Positions 12,096-24,015 of a stretch of DNA of 64,000 bases are shown here, piece by piece (the stretch's first letter is position 1; every line of letters starts with the position of its first letter). Below the pieces are notes generated by a model. It worked only from the letters and a program-made list of their open reading frames with translations, was not told where the DNA came from and searched no databases. The position numbers were made by a program, and so were the translations under genes. Origin of the DNA: Antechinus flavipes (taxonomy: Eukaryota); assembly GCF_016432865.1 (NCBI RefSeq), contig NC_067401.1, positions 29,822,001 to 29,886,000 of the forward strand, read 5' to 3'.

Positions 12096-13619
12096 GGGCC
12101 TGCCCTTCTTGAGGAGACAAATGAATATAAGTGATCATCANNNNNNNNNNNNNNNNNNNNNNNNNNNNNNNNNNNNNNNNNNNNNNNNNNNNNNNNNNNN
12201 NNNNNNNNNNNNNNNNNNNNNNNNNNNNNNNNNNNNNNNNNNNNNNNNNNNNNNNNNNNNNNNNNNNNNNNNNNNNNNNNNNNTCCTCTAGTGTCCAGTG
12301 TGGGTCATGAACACTCATTTAGCCCAAAATGGAGGAAGCATATTCTTGTCATGCTCTTGATTTGGAAGCATATGGTCACATTTTGTGTTTCCATGTGTTT
12401 CCATTGCTTAGGAAGAAAAAAAAAAACCCAAAGCATTTTTGGTAGCTATTTGACTTGATTTTTTGCGAGTGTGAATGTAGGTCAGCTTGCCCTGAAGTCC
12501 TCCTCTTAGGTCTCATCGCGGTTCCAAAATCAAGTCTCCGCCACCGGCTGAACGTTCTCGAAGGCCTGACCGGTCCCCCCGTCCTCAGTCGAGGGCTGGG
12601 TGCTGCTGTTGTTCCAGGACCAGCCTCCCTAAGGACCAAGATACTCATCTCCAGGCGAGTCATAGCAGGATGAATTTTCTGACCACAGGAACTCCTAACG
12701 ACCATTTACTACATTATAGAAGGTTATAATGTACAACTCACGCTGACGAAATTACAAGATCCTTGAATTATTGAAGTCATAAAGGTCAAATACCATCTAT
12801 GAAGATTTATAAGCCCCAGCTGACTTATTTAAACACTGTTAGATGCAACCAAATTCTAGTACATCAAAGCAGAGAATTAGGTCATAGGCACATTGATTTA
12901 GAACTGGGAAGAACTTTAAAGTTCATCTAGTCCCTCTCTCTTTCGTTTTTGAGGCAAATAAATGGTGCAGTGGGTAAGGCGTCAGATCTCGAGATAAAGA
13001 CCTGAGTTTGAATCCTGCCTCAGACACCGTTTGCCTCAGTTTCCTCTTCTGTAAAATGAGCTAGAGAAGGCAAACCACTCCAGTATCCTTGTCAAGAAAA
13101 CTCCAAATGGGATCACAAAGAGTTAGATGACTGAACAACAAAATCGAACACTAGCTGTGTGACCCTGAGCAAGTCTGCTTCAGTCTTCTCAACTCTGTAA
13201 AATGGGGATAACAAATAGCAGCTACCTCCCAGGGTTATTCTGAAGCTCAAATGAGGTAATATTTGTAAAGATCTTAACACAGTGTCTAGCACATAGTAGG
13301 TGCCGTAGTAAATATTGGCATTATGTCACAGATGATAAAATGATACAGATGATAATTGTGAATGAAGTGATGAAATGAAAAAATGATACAGATGATAATT
13401 ATCTTACAGATGATAAAACTAGGATTCTGAGGGATAAGTTACTTATCTAAGGTAACATAGATAATAGGTGGCAAAGGTGGGATTTGAATCTGCGGGCTCT
13501 GACTCCAGGTCCATTGCTCTTCTCTGGGGTACTGGACTCTCTCTCTCTCTCTCTCTGAGTTCAAAGCAGCTTATTCAAACAGCCTGTACAAAAAGATTTC
13601 CTGAGCCCAAACTGTCTTT

Positions 13620-14330
13620 CAGGTGATACATGGATGAATCCAATATATTTAAGGAATAATTGAAGTTTCCTGAGAAATGATGGATTAAATAGTGTTCAAC
13701 CAGGAAAAGATCAATAAGGGAGACTTTCAAAGAGATGTGTTTGGGGATTAAAAATAAAACTCACTGATGCAATTAAAACTGCTCTGAGGCACTAACTCAC
13801 ACAGGTCCAGTTGGAAAAAAATAACTAAAAATGTAGTTTTAAAAAATCAGTGTTATTAGGATTGTGGAGAAACAGGTACACTCATTCATTGCTGGTAGAA
13901 TTGCAAACTTGTAGACTGAGGATAAATGGTCAGCATTGTGTCTTTGGGGGCATATTGACCCATTCACATCTGTTCCTACTATCGACTTCAATGTTCCAGG
14001 CAGCAGCTGCAGGAGAAGCTAATAAGCTACAAAGCTTATGGACTTTGACTTTCAGTCTTTAGAAACCGACCCAGTAATTTCATTGTTTGGAATACAGCCT
14101 GACATGGTTATTGAAAACAACAATAACAAAAAGAAGAGCGGTCCACTCAAAGATGTTCAGAGCAGCGTTATACAAAGCCACAATACATAAACAAATAAAC
14201 TCAGAGGCAACCTACAAATCTAACAATAGGGGAACGGTTAAATAAGTCATAGTACATTGATGAGATAGAATGCCATACAACAATTGAGCTAGACAAGTAT
14301 GGGGAATACAAAGAAAGACCTTTAGAAGAT
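13620..14330 (+). mobile_element. Highly degraded ancient L1 ORF2 3' region
   Basis: Recognisable pieces: ttgtggagaaacaggtacactcattcattgctggt, gacccagtaatttcattgtttggaata, aaagatgttcagagcagcgtta, acaataggggaacggttaaataag. Confidence 0.6.
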
Positions 14331-14739
14331 AATGAAACACAAAATATAAATGTTATGGCAGAATCAGAAGGATAGCAGATACACGAACTATCATCATGTG
14401 AGGAGAAATGAGAATAAATGGACAAAAAGACTTACTGGGGACTTAAAGGGAATAATTAGAAAAGTGTTTAGTCTTGGAGATTAGGGGATAAAATAGGGGA
14501 TGATATAGCGTGCATTGAAACTAATTTAAATATAATTGTTTATCAATCGAAGTTGTTCGTTTTGATATTTGTCGTTCAGTTATTTTCCATTCACGTCCGA
14601 CTAGCTGTGACCCCATTTGGAGTTTTCTTGGCAGAGATACTGGAGTCATTTGCCATTTCCTTCTCCAGATCATTTGACAAATGAGGAACTGATTTAATGT
14701 TTCTAATAAAATATTTAATTCTATTTCTATATTTATTTT

Positions 14740-15105
14740 GAAACTGAGCCTCCCCATCTGGCCAAGGCTGGAAGTATAGTGTTCCCTTATAGAAGGGATG
14801 CAGTCAAGATCAGCATGGAAGGTTTCAAACCTCCATGGGCAACCTAGTGCTGTCTACTCCCAGAAAGACATTCTATTGGTCTCAGTTTCCCCATCTCCAA
14901 AAGGAGGACAATAACAGTCCCTAACTCCCAGGATTATTGTAAGCATCAAATGAGATGATTGTGCAAACTTAAAGAGCTATGCAGATATTAGTCGTTGTTC
15001 ATTATTTGCCCTTGCTGCAGCTCAGAACTCCCAAGCTCAAGAGATTCACCATCCTCAGTATCCCCAGCAGCAAGGATTATAGGCATGTGGTATCATAGTG
15101 GGCCA
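14740..15105 (-). mobile_element. 7SL (SRP RNA)-derived retrocopy interrupted by a MIR-like fragment
   Basis: Reverse-complement 7SL blocks gccaaggctggaagtatagtg, gatcagcatggaaggttt, ggcaacctagtg, cagctcagaactcccaagctcaagagattcaccatcctcag; a MIR core at ~14878-15003 splits it. Confidence 0.7.
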
Positions 15106-16466
15106 ATATGGAAGATTAAAAGGAAAAAACTGGAATTATGATTCTCATGTTGGTGGATTCCAGATGTGTGGGAGAAATCTATGGTATGAGAGAAGGAACT
15201 TGCTCAAAAGACAGATCAAATCCATCTTTTCTATTTATTCCCTTTGTCATTCTGGGCAAATCTCTTCTATCCTCTAAGGTTCAGTTTTCTGCTCTGTAAA
15301 ATGGGTTTGAACTAAACGACCCAAAAGTCTTTTTCCAGCATTGGATCCAAAGATAGAAAGCTAAAAATGAAGCAGTCCCTGCTTCTGAAGTTCTTAAATT
15401 TAACTGAGGAGAGANNNNNNNNNNNNNNNNNNNNNNNNNNNNNNNNNNNNNNNNNNNNNNNNNNNNNNNNNNNNNNNNNNNNNNNNNNNNNNNNNNNNNN
15501 NNNNNNNNNNNNNNNNNNNNNNNNNNNNNNNNNNNNNNNNNNGGAAGAACATTTATTAAGCACCTTCTATGTGCCAGATAGAGGCAGCTAGGTGACTCAG
15601 TATATATGGCACTTGGCGTAGAATCAGGAAGATCAGAGTTCAAAACTAGCCTCAGACTAGCTATGTAATCCAGGACAAGTCACTTATTCTTTGTTCACTT
15701 TAATCTGCTGAAGAAGGAAATGACAAACCATTCCAGTATCTTTGCCAAGAAATCTCCATGGACAATATTGATGTGCTATGGACCATAGGATCACCAACAG
15801 TCAGACGTCACTGAACAACAAGCACTGTGTTAAGTACTTTATAAATATTATCTTATTTGATTTTCATAACAAACCTAGCAATTGAATATACAATTTCCAT
15901 TTTACTTTTGGGGAAACTGAGGCAGGGAAAGATTAAGTGACTTGCCCAGGATCTCACAGATAATAAATATACAAACTCAGGTTTTTCTAATGCCAGGCCT
16001 GAAGCTCTATCCACCAGAAGAGAGAGTTGGAAGAAGAGGAAAATAGTAGGTGAATAAAGCAGCCAAGCCAGAGGAGACACAACCTTCACAACCTATTTTT
16101 GTGTAGAAAATAGGACAGTTTTGATGCTGATGGTCAACAATTTGTATCCCATTGGAGTCGTGTATTGTGAAGTTTGTGACCTGGGGCCTGACCTTATGAA
16201 AGCATGTGGCCCCTATTGCAGGGAGGTAGCAAGCTCTACCCTGTCCCTGTTTTAGGAAGGACGCTAATGCCCTTTTTAGGTATAACAATTCAAAAAGCAT
16301 TTCTTAAGACTCTATTGCCAATAAGATGTTATTTGGATGGAATTACAAGGTATCATTTGAACCCCAGAGTGTAAAAATTATATTTTCTGTCTACAATGAA
16401 CTTACAGTTCCCATAAGGGAGAGAGGACAAAGGTTTAAAAAACCCTACAAGACAAATCTGAATTTG

Positions 16467-16775
16467 GACTAGATCATTGGTGCACACCTATAATCCCTAA
16501 TACCTGGGGAAACTGAGGCTGAAGAATGACTTGAATTCCAGAGTTCTGATTTGCAGTGGGCTTAGCCAATCAGCCATCCTCATAGACAACAGTTAAAGGT
16601 TTGCAAAGCATCTTCCAAATGGTAATCTGGGAGTAAGAGTTTAAAAGCCACCAGGTTGCCTAAACTTGAGTTGGAAATAGAGCAGATCAAGTCCCTCCTC
16701 AACAACCAGAAGTGGGATTCATCCCATAGCACTTCTAGTCTGGCTAAGCTAAAGAGAATTATGTCATTTTTTTAA
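16467..16775 (+). mobile_element. 7SL-derived retrocopy including Alu and S domains (P7SL-like)
   Basis: ggtgcacacctataatccc..gaggctgaagaatgacttgaattccagagttctg (Alu domain); exact ccaccaggttgcctaa and ggaaatagagcagatcaa (S domain); agtgggat. Confidence 0.75.
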
Positions 16776-17957
16776 AGTAAGCAAATAAGATTTTTTTAAT
16801 TTGGAATTTGTGTGTAGTGGAACCAATAGAATCATAAATCTTTGAATGGGAAGAGACATTTAGAAGCCATCTAGTTCAATTAACACTCAAATAGGGATCT
16901 TGTCTATTGCCCAGAAAGTGGGCAGCCAGCCTTATTTGAAACCCTCCAAAGGGAGAAGAAAGGGAGAAAAAATAAAGTAAAAAGTTCACAGCAGAGAACA
17001 AAAGAAAACCAACAAGGAAGCAAAGAAAAACAGAGTAGCTTTGTAAACAATGTGTAGTATTTATAATAAAGGTTTTCTTGAAATGGAAATTTTTTTTATA
17101 TTGAATCCTCTCTTACAGTCTTTTGTTTACATGGCAATTTTTTTCTTTTCTCTTTTGTGTTTATGTTTAAAATAAAAAAATTTAAAAGGAAAAAAAAAAA
17201 GGAAAAACGCCCTCTAGAGAATGTTAGAGATGGAAGAGACCTTCCAGACCATCTTGCTCAGAAGTCATCCCAACTTGTGGGCTGCAGCCCCCTGAGTGTG
17301 TCGAAGAGACCAAGGGATCCATAAATCCATAAATAAATACCTCCTCTGTAGACGAGTAACTATCTCCTACATATTCTACAATCGATGTCAACGCTGTTGT
17401 GATGAATAAAACACGAGTTCATTTTTTTTTAAACAGCAGTCTCCACTTATGGGACCATTACTCCCTCTCCAAGCAGTCCATTCAGCTCTGGGACAGTTTT
17501 CATGGTAAGAAAGATCTTCATTTCACCAAGTCTAAATTCACTCCTCTTGCCTAGTTTTGTCCTCTGGGGCCAAGCAGAATGCAGCTGATCTCCCTTCTTT
17601 ATCACAATTGGAATTGTGCATCCCACCTAATCCTTCTCCAGAATAAACATCCCCAGGTCCTTCAACCAACCTTTTAGTAGAAATCGATGGCGTGAAGAAC
17701 ATCGTACTAGTGCTGGGGATGCAAATGAAACATGTCCTGTCTTCAGAGAGCTTCCATTCCACTGGGAGGATGAAACATGCACAGAGATAAGTAAACAAAG
17801 TGCTTGGAAGGAAGGAGGGAGGGAAGAAAGAGCTATAATAACTTGGCAGATCCAGGGACGGATGGTCTTCTGACTCCTCATCCCAAATGCCTCGCTAAAA
17901 AACACTCCCAGTGTGATCCACTGGTCTATCAGTTCAATCAATTAATAAGCATCGATT

Positions 17958-17973
17958 AAACACCTACTATGCG
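17958..17973 (+). repeat. L1 target-site duplication, left copy
   Basis: aaacacctactatgcg; preceded by tt, giving a TT/AAAC junction close to the L1 endonuclease consensus TT/AAAA. Confidence 0.9.
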
Positions 17974-18000
17974 AGGACTTCCGGCCAAGATGGCGGAGAG
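17974..18000 (+). promoter_or_regulatory. L1 internal promoter start with ETS and YY1 motifs
   Basis: ACTTCCGG (ETS/GABP-type) at 17977-17984 and CAAGATGGCG (YY1-type) at 17986-17995; the 5' UTR retains many CpGs. Confidence 0.7.
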
Positions 18001-18564
18001 GAAATACACTTCTGTGTAATCTCCGTGTTTTTCTCTCACTATTCATTTCATTTCATGCCTCTGAATTAATGCTCGACTGAAAAAAAAACCATACAATTAC
18101 TTACCAAGAGAAACCATCCTTGAGACTCGTCAAGAAAGGTCTGTTTTTGCGCGAGGGCGGGGACGGTATTTGGAAGCAGTCTGCGGGTAGCAGCAGCTGC
18201 AACCAGAGCACAGATAGCAGCTCAGAACCGGGTGGAGCGGAGAGGGGGTAGGACCGCAGCCGTCTCTGCGGTGAGAGCTTTGCTATAGGAGCAAGTCAGC
18301 AGCCCAGCAGAGAAGCTAAAAACACCGGGGGTGAAGAATACAATCCCAAACAGCTGGAGTTTCTAGGGACCTGGCCACCCCTCCCCCACAGTGTCTTAGC
18401 CCGCTCGGATCTCAGAGCGCTCGGATCTCAGTGCGCAGGCGCCATAGCACAGTAGGACCTGTGCCTCACGAATACCCTGCCCCTCCCCCAAAGAAAGCAG
18501 CCTCCATTCAAGGGGTTTTTTTCCTTCTGTTTCTTTGATAGTTTGTCTTTGATAAATAGACAGA

Positions 18565-19668
18565 ATGAGCAAGAAACTGAAAAAGAATTTAACCCTGGAC
18601 AGCTTTTATACAGATAAAGAGCAGACTCCAAACCCTGAGGAGACTAAAAACAAACAGTCCCCAGGTGAATCCCCGAAGGAGGAGACCTTATATCCCTCAG
18701 CACAGATGAATCTCATGGAAGAAATTAAAAAGGCTCTCACAAGGGAGCTAGAAGAAAAATGGGAAAAGGAGAGGGAGGCTCTGCAAAAGGAGAGGGAGGC
18801 TTGGCAAAAGAGCCTGGAGAAGTCAGTTAAAGAGAGAGTGGATAAAGAAACCAAATCCTTGAAAAATAGGATTAGTGAACTGGAAACAGAAAACAGCTCT
18901 CTAAAAAACAAAATTGGCGAAATGGAAAAAAATTCCACAGAACAAAAGAACTCAATTGGACAATTAGAAAAAGATCTTAAAAAAGTGAGTGAAGAAAATA
19001 CCTCACTGAAAATCAGGGTCGAACAATTGGAATTGAATGACTCGAGGAGACAAGAAGAATCAGTCAAGCAAATCCAAAAAAATCAAACAATGGAAAAGGA
19101 TGTGAAATACCTTCTGGGGAAGACAACAGACCTGGAAAACAGATCCAGGAGAGACAACCTGAGAATCATCGGACTTCCAGAAAAGTATGATGAAAAAAAA
19201 AGCCTGAACACTATCTTCCAGGAAATTATCAAAGAGAACTGCCCAGAAGTCATAGAAACAGAAGGTAAAATAGACATTGAAAGAATTCATCGATCCCCTA
19301 CTGAAAGGGATCCTAAAATCAAAACACCAAGGAATATAGTGGCCAAATGCCAGAACCCTCAGGCAAAGGAAAAAATACTGCAAGCGGCTAGAAAAACCCA
19401 ATTCAAGTATCAAGGAGCCACAATAAGGATCACCCAGGATCTGGCAGCATCCACATTAAAGGATCGAAGGGCCTGGAATATGATATTCCGAAAGGCTAAG
19501 GAACTTGGTATGCAACCAAAAATAACTTACCCAGCGAGATTGAGCATCTTTTTCCAGGGAAGAAGATGGTCATTCAACGAAATAAGCGAATTTCATCTAT
19601 TTCTGATGAAAAAGCCAGAACTTAACAAAAAATTTGATCTACAAGCACAGAACTCAAGAGAAATCTAA
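18565..19668 (+). CDS. L1 ORF1p (coiled coil, RRM, CTD), 367 aa
   Basis: ATG start; N-terminal heptad-rich region; conserved ORF1p motifs RSRRDNLRIIGLPE, IERIHR, KEKILQAAR, YPARL. Confidence 0.95.
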   Translation: MSKKLKKNLTLDSFYTDKEQTPNPEETKNKQSPGESPKEETLYPSAQMNLMEEIKKALTRELEEKWEKEREALQKEREAWQKSLEKSVKERVDKETKSLKNRISELETENSSLKNKIGEMEKNSTEQKNSIGQLEKDLKKVSEENTSLKIRVEQLELNDSRRQEESVKQIQKNQTMEKDVKYLLGKTTDLENRSRRDNLRIIGLPEKYDEKKSLNTIFQEIIKENCPEVIETEGKIDIERIHRSPTERDPKIKTPRNIVAKCQNPQAKEKILQAARKTQFKYQGATIRITQDLAASTLKDRRAWNMIFRKAKELGMQPKITYPARLSIFFQGRRWSFNEISEFHLFLMKKPELNKKFDLQAQNSREI

Positions 19669-20184
19669 AAAGGTAAAGATTAATCTTGGGAACTATATTT
19701 CGGCTGTAAAGATGTATAAAAAATACATGTATACCTTGTTCTAGAAACTAGTTGAGGAAGGACATTGTACTAGAAAAAAGGGAAAGTGGGGGTACTACAT
19801 TTCATGAAGAGGCAAAGAAAACCTAGTATATCTGAGAGAAAGAATGGAGAGGAATGAAAATAGTGAGTATTTTACTGCTTTCAGAATTGGCAGTAAGAGA
19901 AGAATTTTAGACATATTCAATCTATGGTGAAACTTCTCCCACCTCATTGAAAAGTGAGAAGGGAAAAGTGAAAAAGGAAGGAATAAGCTAAGTGGAAGGG
20001 AATACAGGAACTGGGAGGGAAAGGGGTAAGTTGGGGGGGGGGAACTCTAAGGGGAGGGGAGGGATACTGAAAAAGGGAGGGCTGTGAGAAGCAAGGGGAG
20101 CTCACAAGCTTAATACTGGGAAGGGGGGTAAGGGAGGGGGTAAGGGAGTAAGAAGGGAGAAAAGCATAAACCGGGGTCAACAAG

Positions 20185-23100
20185 ATGGCAAGTAATACAG
20201 AATTGGTCATTTTAACCATAAATGTGAACGGGGTAAACTCCTCTATAAAGAGGAAGCGGTTAGCAGAATGGATTAAAAGCCAGAATCCTACAATATGTTG
20301 TATACAGGAAACACACCTGAAGCGGGGTGATACATGCAGGTTAAAGGTAAAAGGTTGGAGCAAAATCTACTATGCTTCAGGTGAAGCCAAAAAAGCAGGG
20401 GTAGCCATCCTGATCTCAGATCAAGCTAAAGCAAAAATTGATCTAATCAAAAGAGATAAGGAAGGGCACTATATCTTGCTAAAGGGTAGAATGAATAATG
20501 AAGAAGTATCTATATTAAATATATATGCACCAAGTAGTGTAGCATCTAAATTCCTAAAAGAGAAATTAAGAGAGCTGCAAGAAGAAATAGACAGTAAAAC
20601 TATAATAGTGGGAGATCTCAACCTTGCACTCTCAGAATTAGATAAATCAAACCACAAAATAAATAAGAAAGAAGTCAAAGAGATAAATAGAATACTAGAA
20701 AAATTAGATATGATAGATCTCTGGAGAAAATGTAATGGGGACAGAAAGGAGTACACCTTCTTTTCAGCAGTTCATGGAACTTATACAAAAATTGATCATA
20801 TATTAGGACATAAAAACCTCAAACTCAAATGCAGTAAGGCAGAAATAGTGAATGCATCCTTTTCAGACCATGATGCATTGAAAATTACATTCAATAAAAA
20901 GCCACAGGAAAGTAGACCAAAAAATAATTGGAAACTAAATAATCTCATACTAAAGAATGATTGGGTGAAACAGCAAATTATAGACATAATTAATAACTTC
21001 ATCCAAGAAAATGATAATAATGAGACATCATACCAAAATGTATGGGATGCAGCCAAAGCGGTAATAAGGGGAAATCTCATATCTCTAGAGGCCTATTTGT
21101 ATAAAATAGAGAAAGAGAAGGTCAATGAATTGGGCTTGCAACTAAAAATGCTAGAAAAGGAACAAATTAAAAACCCCCAATCAAACACTAAACTTGAAAT
21201 TCAAAAAATAAAAGGAGAGATCAATAAAATTGAAAGTAAAAAAACTATTGAATTGATTAATAAAACTAAGAGTTGGTTCTATGAAAAAACCAACAAAATA
21301 GACAAACCCTTAGTAAATCTGATTAAAAAAAGGAAAGAGGAAAATCAAATTGTTAGTCTTAAAAATGAAAAGGGAGAACTCACCACTAACGAAGAGGAAA
21401 TTAGAGCAATAATTAGGAGTTACTTTGCCCAACTTTACGCCAATAAATTCGACAACTTAAATGAAATAGAAGAATACCTCCAAAAATATAGCTTACCTAA
21501 ACTAACAGAGGAAGAAGTAAATATCCTAAACACTCCTATCTCAGAAAAAGAAATAGAACAAACTATCAATCAACTCCCTAAGAAAAAAACCCCAGGACCA
21601 GATGGATTTACATCTGAATTCTATCAAACATTTAAAGATCAATTAACTCCAATGCTAAATAAACTATTTGAAGAAGTAGGGATTGAAGGAGTCCTACCAA
21701 ACTCCTTTTATGACACAGATATGGTACTGATACCTAAACCAGGTAGGCTGAAAACAGAGAAAGAAAATTATAGACCAATCTCCCTAATGAATATTGATGC
21801 TAAAATCTTAAATAAAATATTAGCAAAAAGATTACAGAAAATCATCCCCAGGATAATACACTATGACCAAGTAGGATTTATACCAGGAATGCAGGGCTGG
21901 TTCAATATTAGGAAAACTATTAACATAATTGACTATATCAACAACCAACCAAACAAAAACCATATGATCATTTCAATAGATGCAGAAAAAGCATTTGATA
22001 AAATCCAACAGCCATTCCTAATAAAAACACTTGAGAGCATAGGAATAAAAGGACTTTTCCTTAAAATAGTTAGGAGCATATATTTTAAACCTTCAGTAAG
22101 CATCATATGCAATGGGGAAAAACTGGAACCTTTCCCGGTAAGATCTGGAGTGAAGCAAGGTTGCCCACTATCACCATTATTATTCAATATTGTATTAGAA
22201 ACACTGGCCTCTGCAATAAGAGTCGAGAAAGAGATTAAAGGAATTAGAGTAGGCAATGAGGAAACCAAACTATCACTCTTTGCAGATGATATGATGGTAT
22301 ACCTAGAAAACCCCAGAGATTCTACTAAAAAGCTATTAGAAATAATTCATAATTTTAGCAAAGTAGCAGGATACAAAATAAATCCCCATAAATCCTCAGC
22401 ATTCTTATACACCACCAACAAAATCCAAGAGCAAGAGATACAAAGAGAAATTCCATTCAAAATAACTGTTGATAGCATAAAATATTTGGGAATCTACCTA
22501 CCAAAGGAAAGTCAGGAATTATATGAGCAAAATTACAAAAAAGTTTTCACACAAATAAAGTCAGACTTAAATAATTGGAAAAATATTAAGTGCTCTTGGA
22601 TAGGCCGAGCAAATATAATAAAGATGACAATACTCCCTAAACTAATCTATTTATTTAGTGCTATACCAATCAGACTTCCAAGAAAATATTTTAATGATTT
22701 AGAAAAAATAACAACAAAATTCATATGGAACAATAAAAAGTCGAGAATCTCAAGGGAATTAATGAAAAAAAAATCAAATGAAGGTGGTCTAGCTGTACCT
22801 GATCTAAAATTATATTATAAAGCAGCAGTCACCAAAACCATCTGGTATTGGCTTAGAAATAGATTAGTTGATCAGTGGAAAAGGTTAGGTTCACAAGACA
22901 GAATAGTCAACTATAGCAATCTAGTGTTTGACAAACCCAAAGATTCTAAATTTTGGGATAAGATTTCATTATTTGATAAAAACTGCTGGGATAACTGGAA
23001 ATTAGTATGGCAGAAATTAGGCAAGGACCCACACTTAACACCACATACCAAGATAAGATCAAAATGGGTCCATGACCTAGGCATAAAGAACGAGATTATA

Positions 23101-24015
23101 AATAAATTAGAAGAACATAGGATAGTTTATCTCTCAGACTTGTGGAGGAGAAAGAAATTTGTGACCAAAGATGAACTAGAGACCATTACCAATCACAAAA
23201 TAGAAAATTTTGATTATATCAAATTAAAAAGCCTTTGTACAAACAGAACGAATGCAAACAAGATTAGTAGGGAAGTAACTAACTGGGAAAACATCTTTAC
23301 AATTAAAGGTTCTGATAAAGGCCTCATTTCCAAAATATATAGAGAACTGACTCAAATTTATAAAAAATCAAGCCATTCTCCAATTGATAAATGGTCAAAG
23401 GATATGAACAGACAATTTTCAGATGAAGAAATTGAAACTATTACCACTCACATGAAAGAGTGTTCCAAATCACTATTGATCAGAGAAATGCAAATTAAGA
23501 CAACTCTGAGATATCACTACACTCCTGTCAGATTGGCTAAGATGACAGGAAAAAACAATGATGAATGTTGGAGGGGATGCGGGAAAACGGGGACATTGAT
23601 GCATTGTTGGTGGAGTTGTGAACGAATCCAGCCATTCTGGAGAGCGATCTGGAATTATGCCCAAAAAGTTATCAAACTGTGCATACCCTTTGATCCAACA
23701 GTGTTTCTATTGGGCTTATACCCCAAAGAGATACTAAAAAAGGGAAGGGGACCTGTATGTGCCAAAATGTTTGTAGCAGCCCTGTTTGTAGTGGCTAGAA
23801 ACTGGAAAATGAATGGATGCCCATCAATTGGAGAATGGCTGGGTAAATTGTGGTATATGAACGTTATGGAATATTATTGCTCTGTAAGGAATGACCAGCA
23901 GGATGAATACAGAGAGGCTTGGAGAGACCTACATGGACTGATGCTAAGTGAGATGAGCAGAACCAGGAGATCATTATACACTTCGACAACGATATTGTAT
24001 GAGGATGTATTCTGA
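20185..24015 (+). CDS. L1 ORF2p (APE endonuclease, reverse transcriptase, CCHC), 1276 aa
   Basis: EN motifs NVNG, IQETH, NIYAP, VGDLN, IDHILG, SDH; RT motifs [10 protein letters not shown] and FADD; C-terminal [18 protein letters not shown]. No stop or frameshift. Confidence 0.97.
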   Translation: MASNTELVILTINVNGVNSSIKRKRLAEWIKSQNPTICCIQETHLKRGDTCRLKVKGWSKIYYASGEAKKAGVAILISDQAKAKIDLIKRDKEGHYILLKGRMNNEEVSILNIYAPSSVASKFLKEKLRELQEEIDSKTIIVGDLNLALSELDKSNHKINKKEVKEINRILEKLDMIDLWRKCNGDRKEYTFFSAVHGTYTKIDHILGHKNLKLKCSKAEIVNASFSDHDALKITFNKKPQESRPKNNWKLNNLILKNDWVKQQIIDIINNFIQENDNNETSYQNVWDAAKAVIRGNLISLEAYLYKIEKEKVNELGLQLKMLEKEQIKNPQSNTKLEIQKIKGEINKIESKKTIELINKTKSWFYEKTNKIDKPLVNLIKKRKEENQIVSLKNEKGELTTNEEEIRAIIRSYFAQLYANKFDNLNEIEEYLQKYSLPKLTEEEVNILNTPISEKEIEQTINQLPKKKTPGPDGFTSEFYQTFKDQLTPMLNKLFEEVGIEGVLPNSFYDTDMVLIPKPGRLKTEKENYRPISLMNIDAKILNKILAKRLQKIIPRIIHYDQVGFIPGMQGWFNIRKTINIIDYINNQPNKNHMIISIDAEKAFDKIQQPFLIKTLESIGIKGLFLKIVRSIYFKPSVSIICNGEKLEPFPVRSGVKQGCPLSPLLFNIVLETLASAIRVEKEIKGIRVGNEETKLSLFADDMMVYLENPRDSTKKLLEIIHNFSKVAGYKINPHKSSAFLYTTNKIQEQEIQREIPFKITVDSIKYLGIYLPKESQELYEQNYKKVFTQIKSDLNNWKNIKCSWIGRANIIKMTILPKLIYLFSAIPIRLPRKYFNDLEKITTKFIWNNKKSRISRELMKKKSNEGGLAVPDLKLYYKAAVTKTIWYWLRNRLVDQWKRLGSQDRIVNYSNLVFDKPKDSKFWDKISLFDKNCWDNWKLVWQKLGKDPHLTPHTKIRSKWVHDLGIKNEIINKLEEHRIVYLSDLWRRKKFVTKDELETITNHKIENFDYIKLKSLCTNRTNANKISREVTNWENIFTIKGSDKGLISKIYRELTQIYKKSSHSPIDKWSKDMNRQFSDEEIETITTHMKECSKSLLIREMQIKTTLRYHYTPVRLAKMTGKNNDECWRGCGKTGTLMHCWWSCERIQPFWRAIWNYAQKVIKLCIPFDPTVFLLGLYPKEILKKGRGPVCAKMFVAALFVVARNWKMNGCPSIGEWLGKLWYMNVMEYYCSVRNDQQDEYREAWRDLHGLMLSEMSRTRRSLYTSTTILYEDVF

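Noticed and set aside
18428-22268. Antisense ORFs over the L1, including a possible ORF0 analogue at 18428-18631
   Set aside because: The two checked (18428-18631 and 19944-20363) start at TTG, not ATG; they are typical shadows of A-rich L1 coding sequence.
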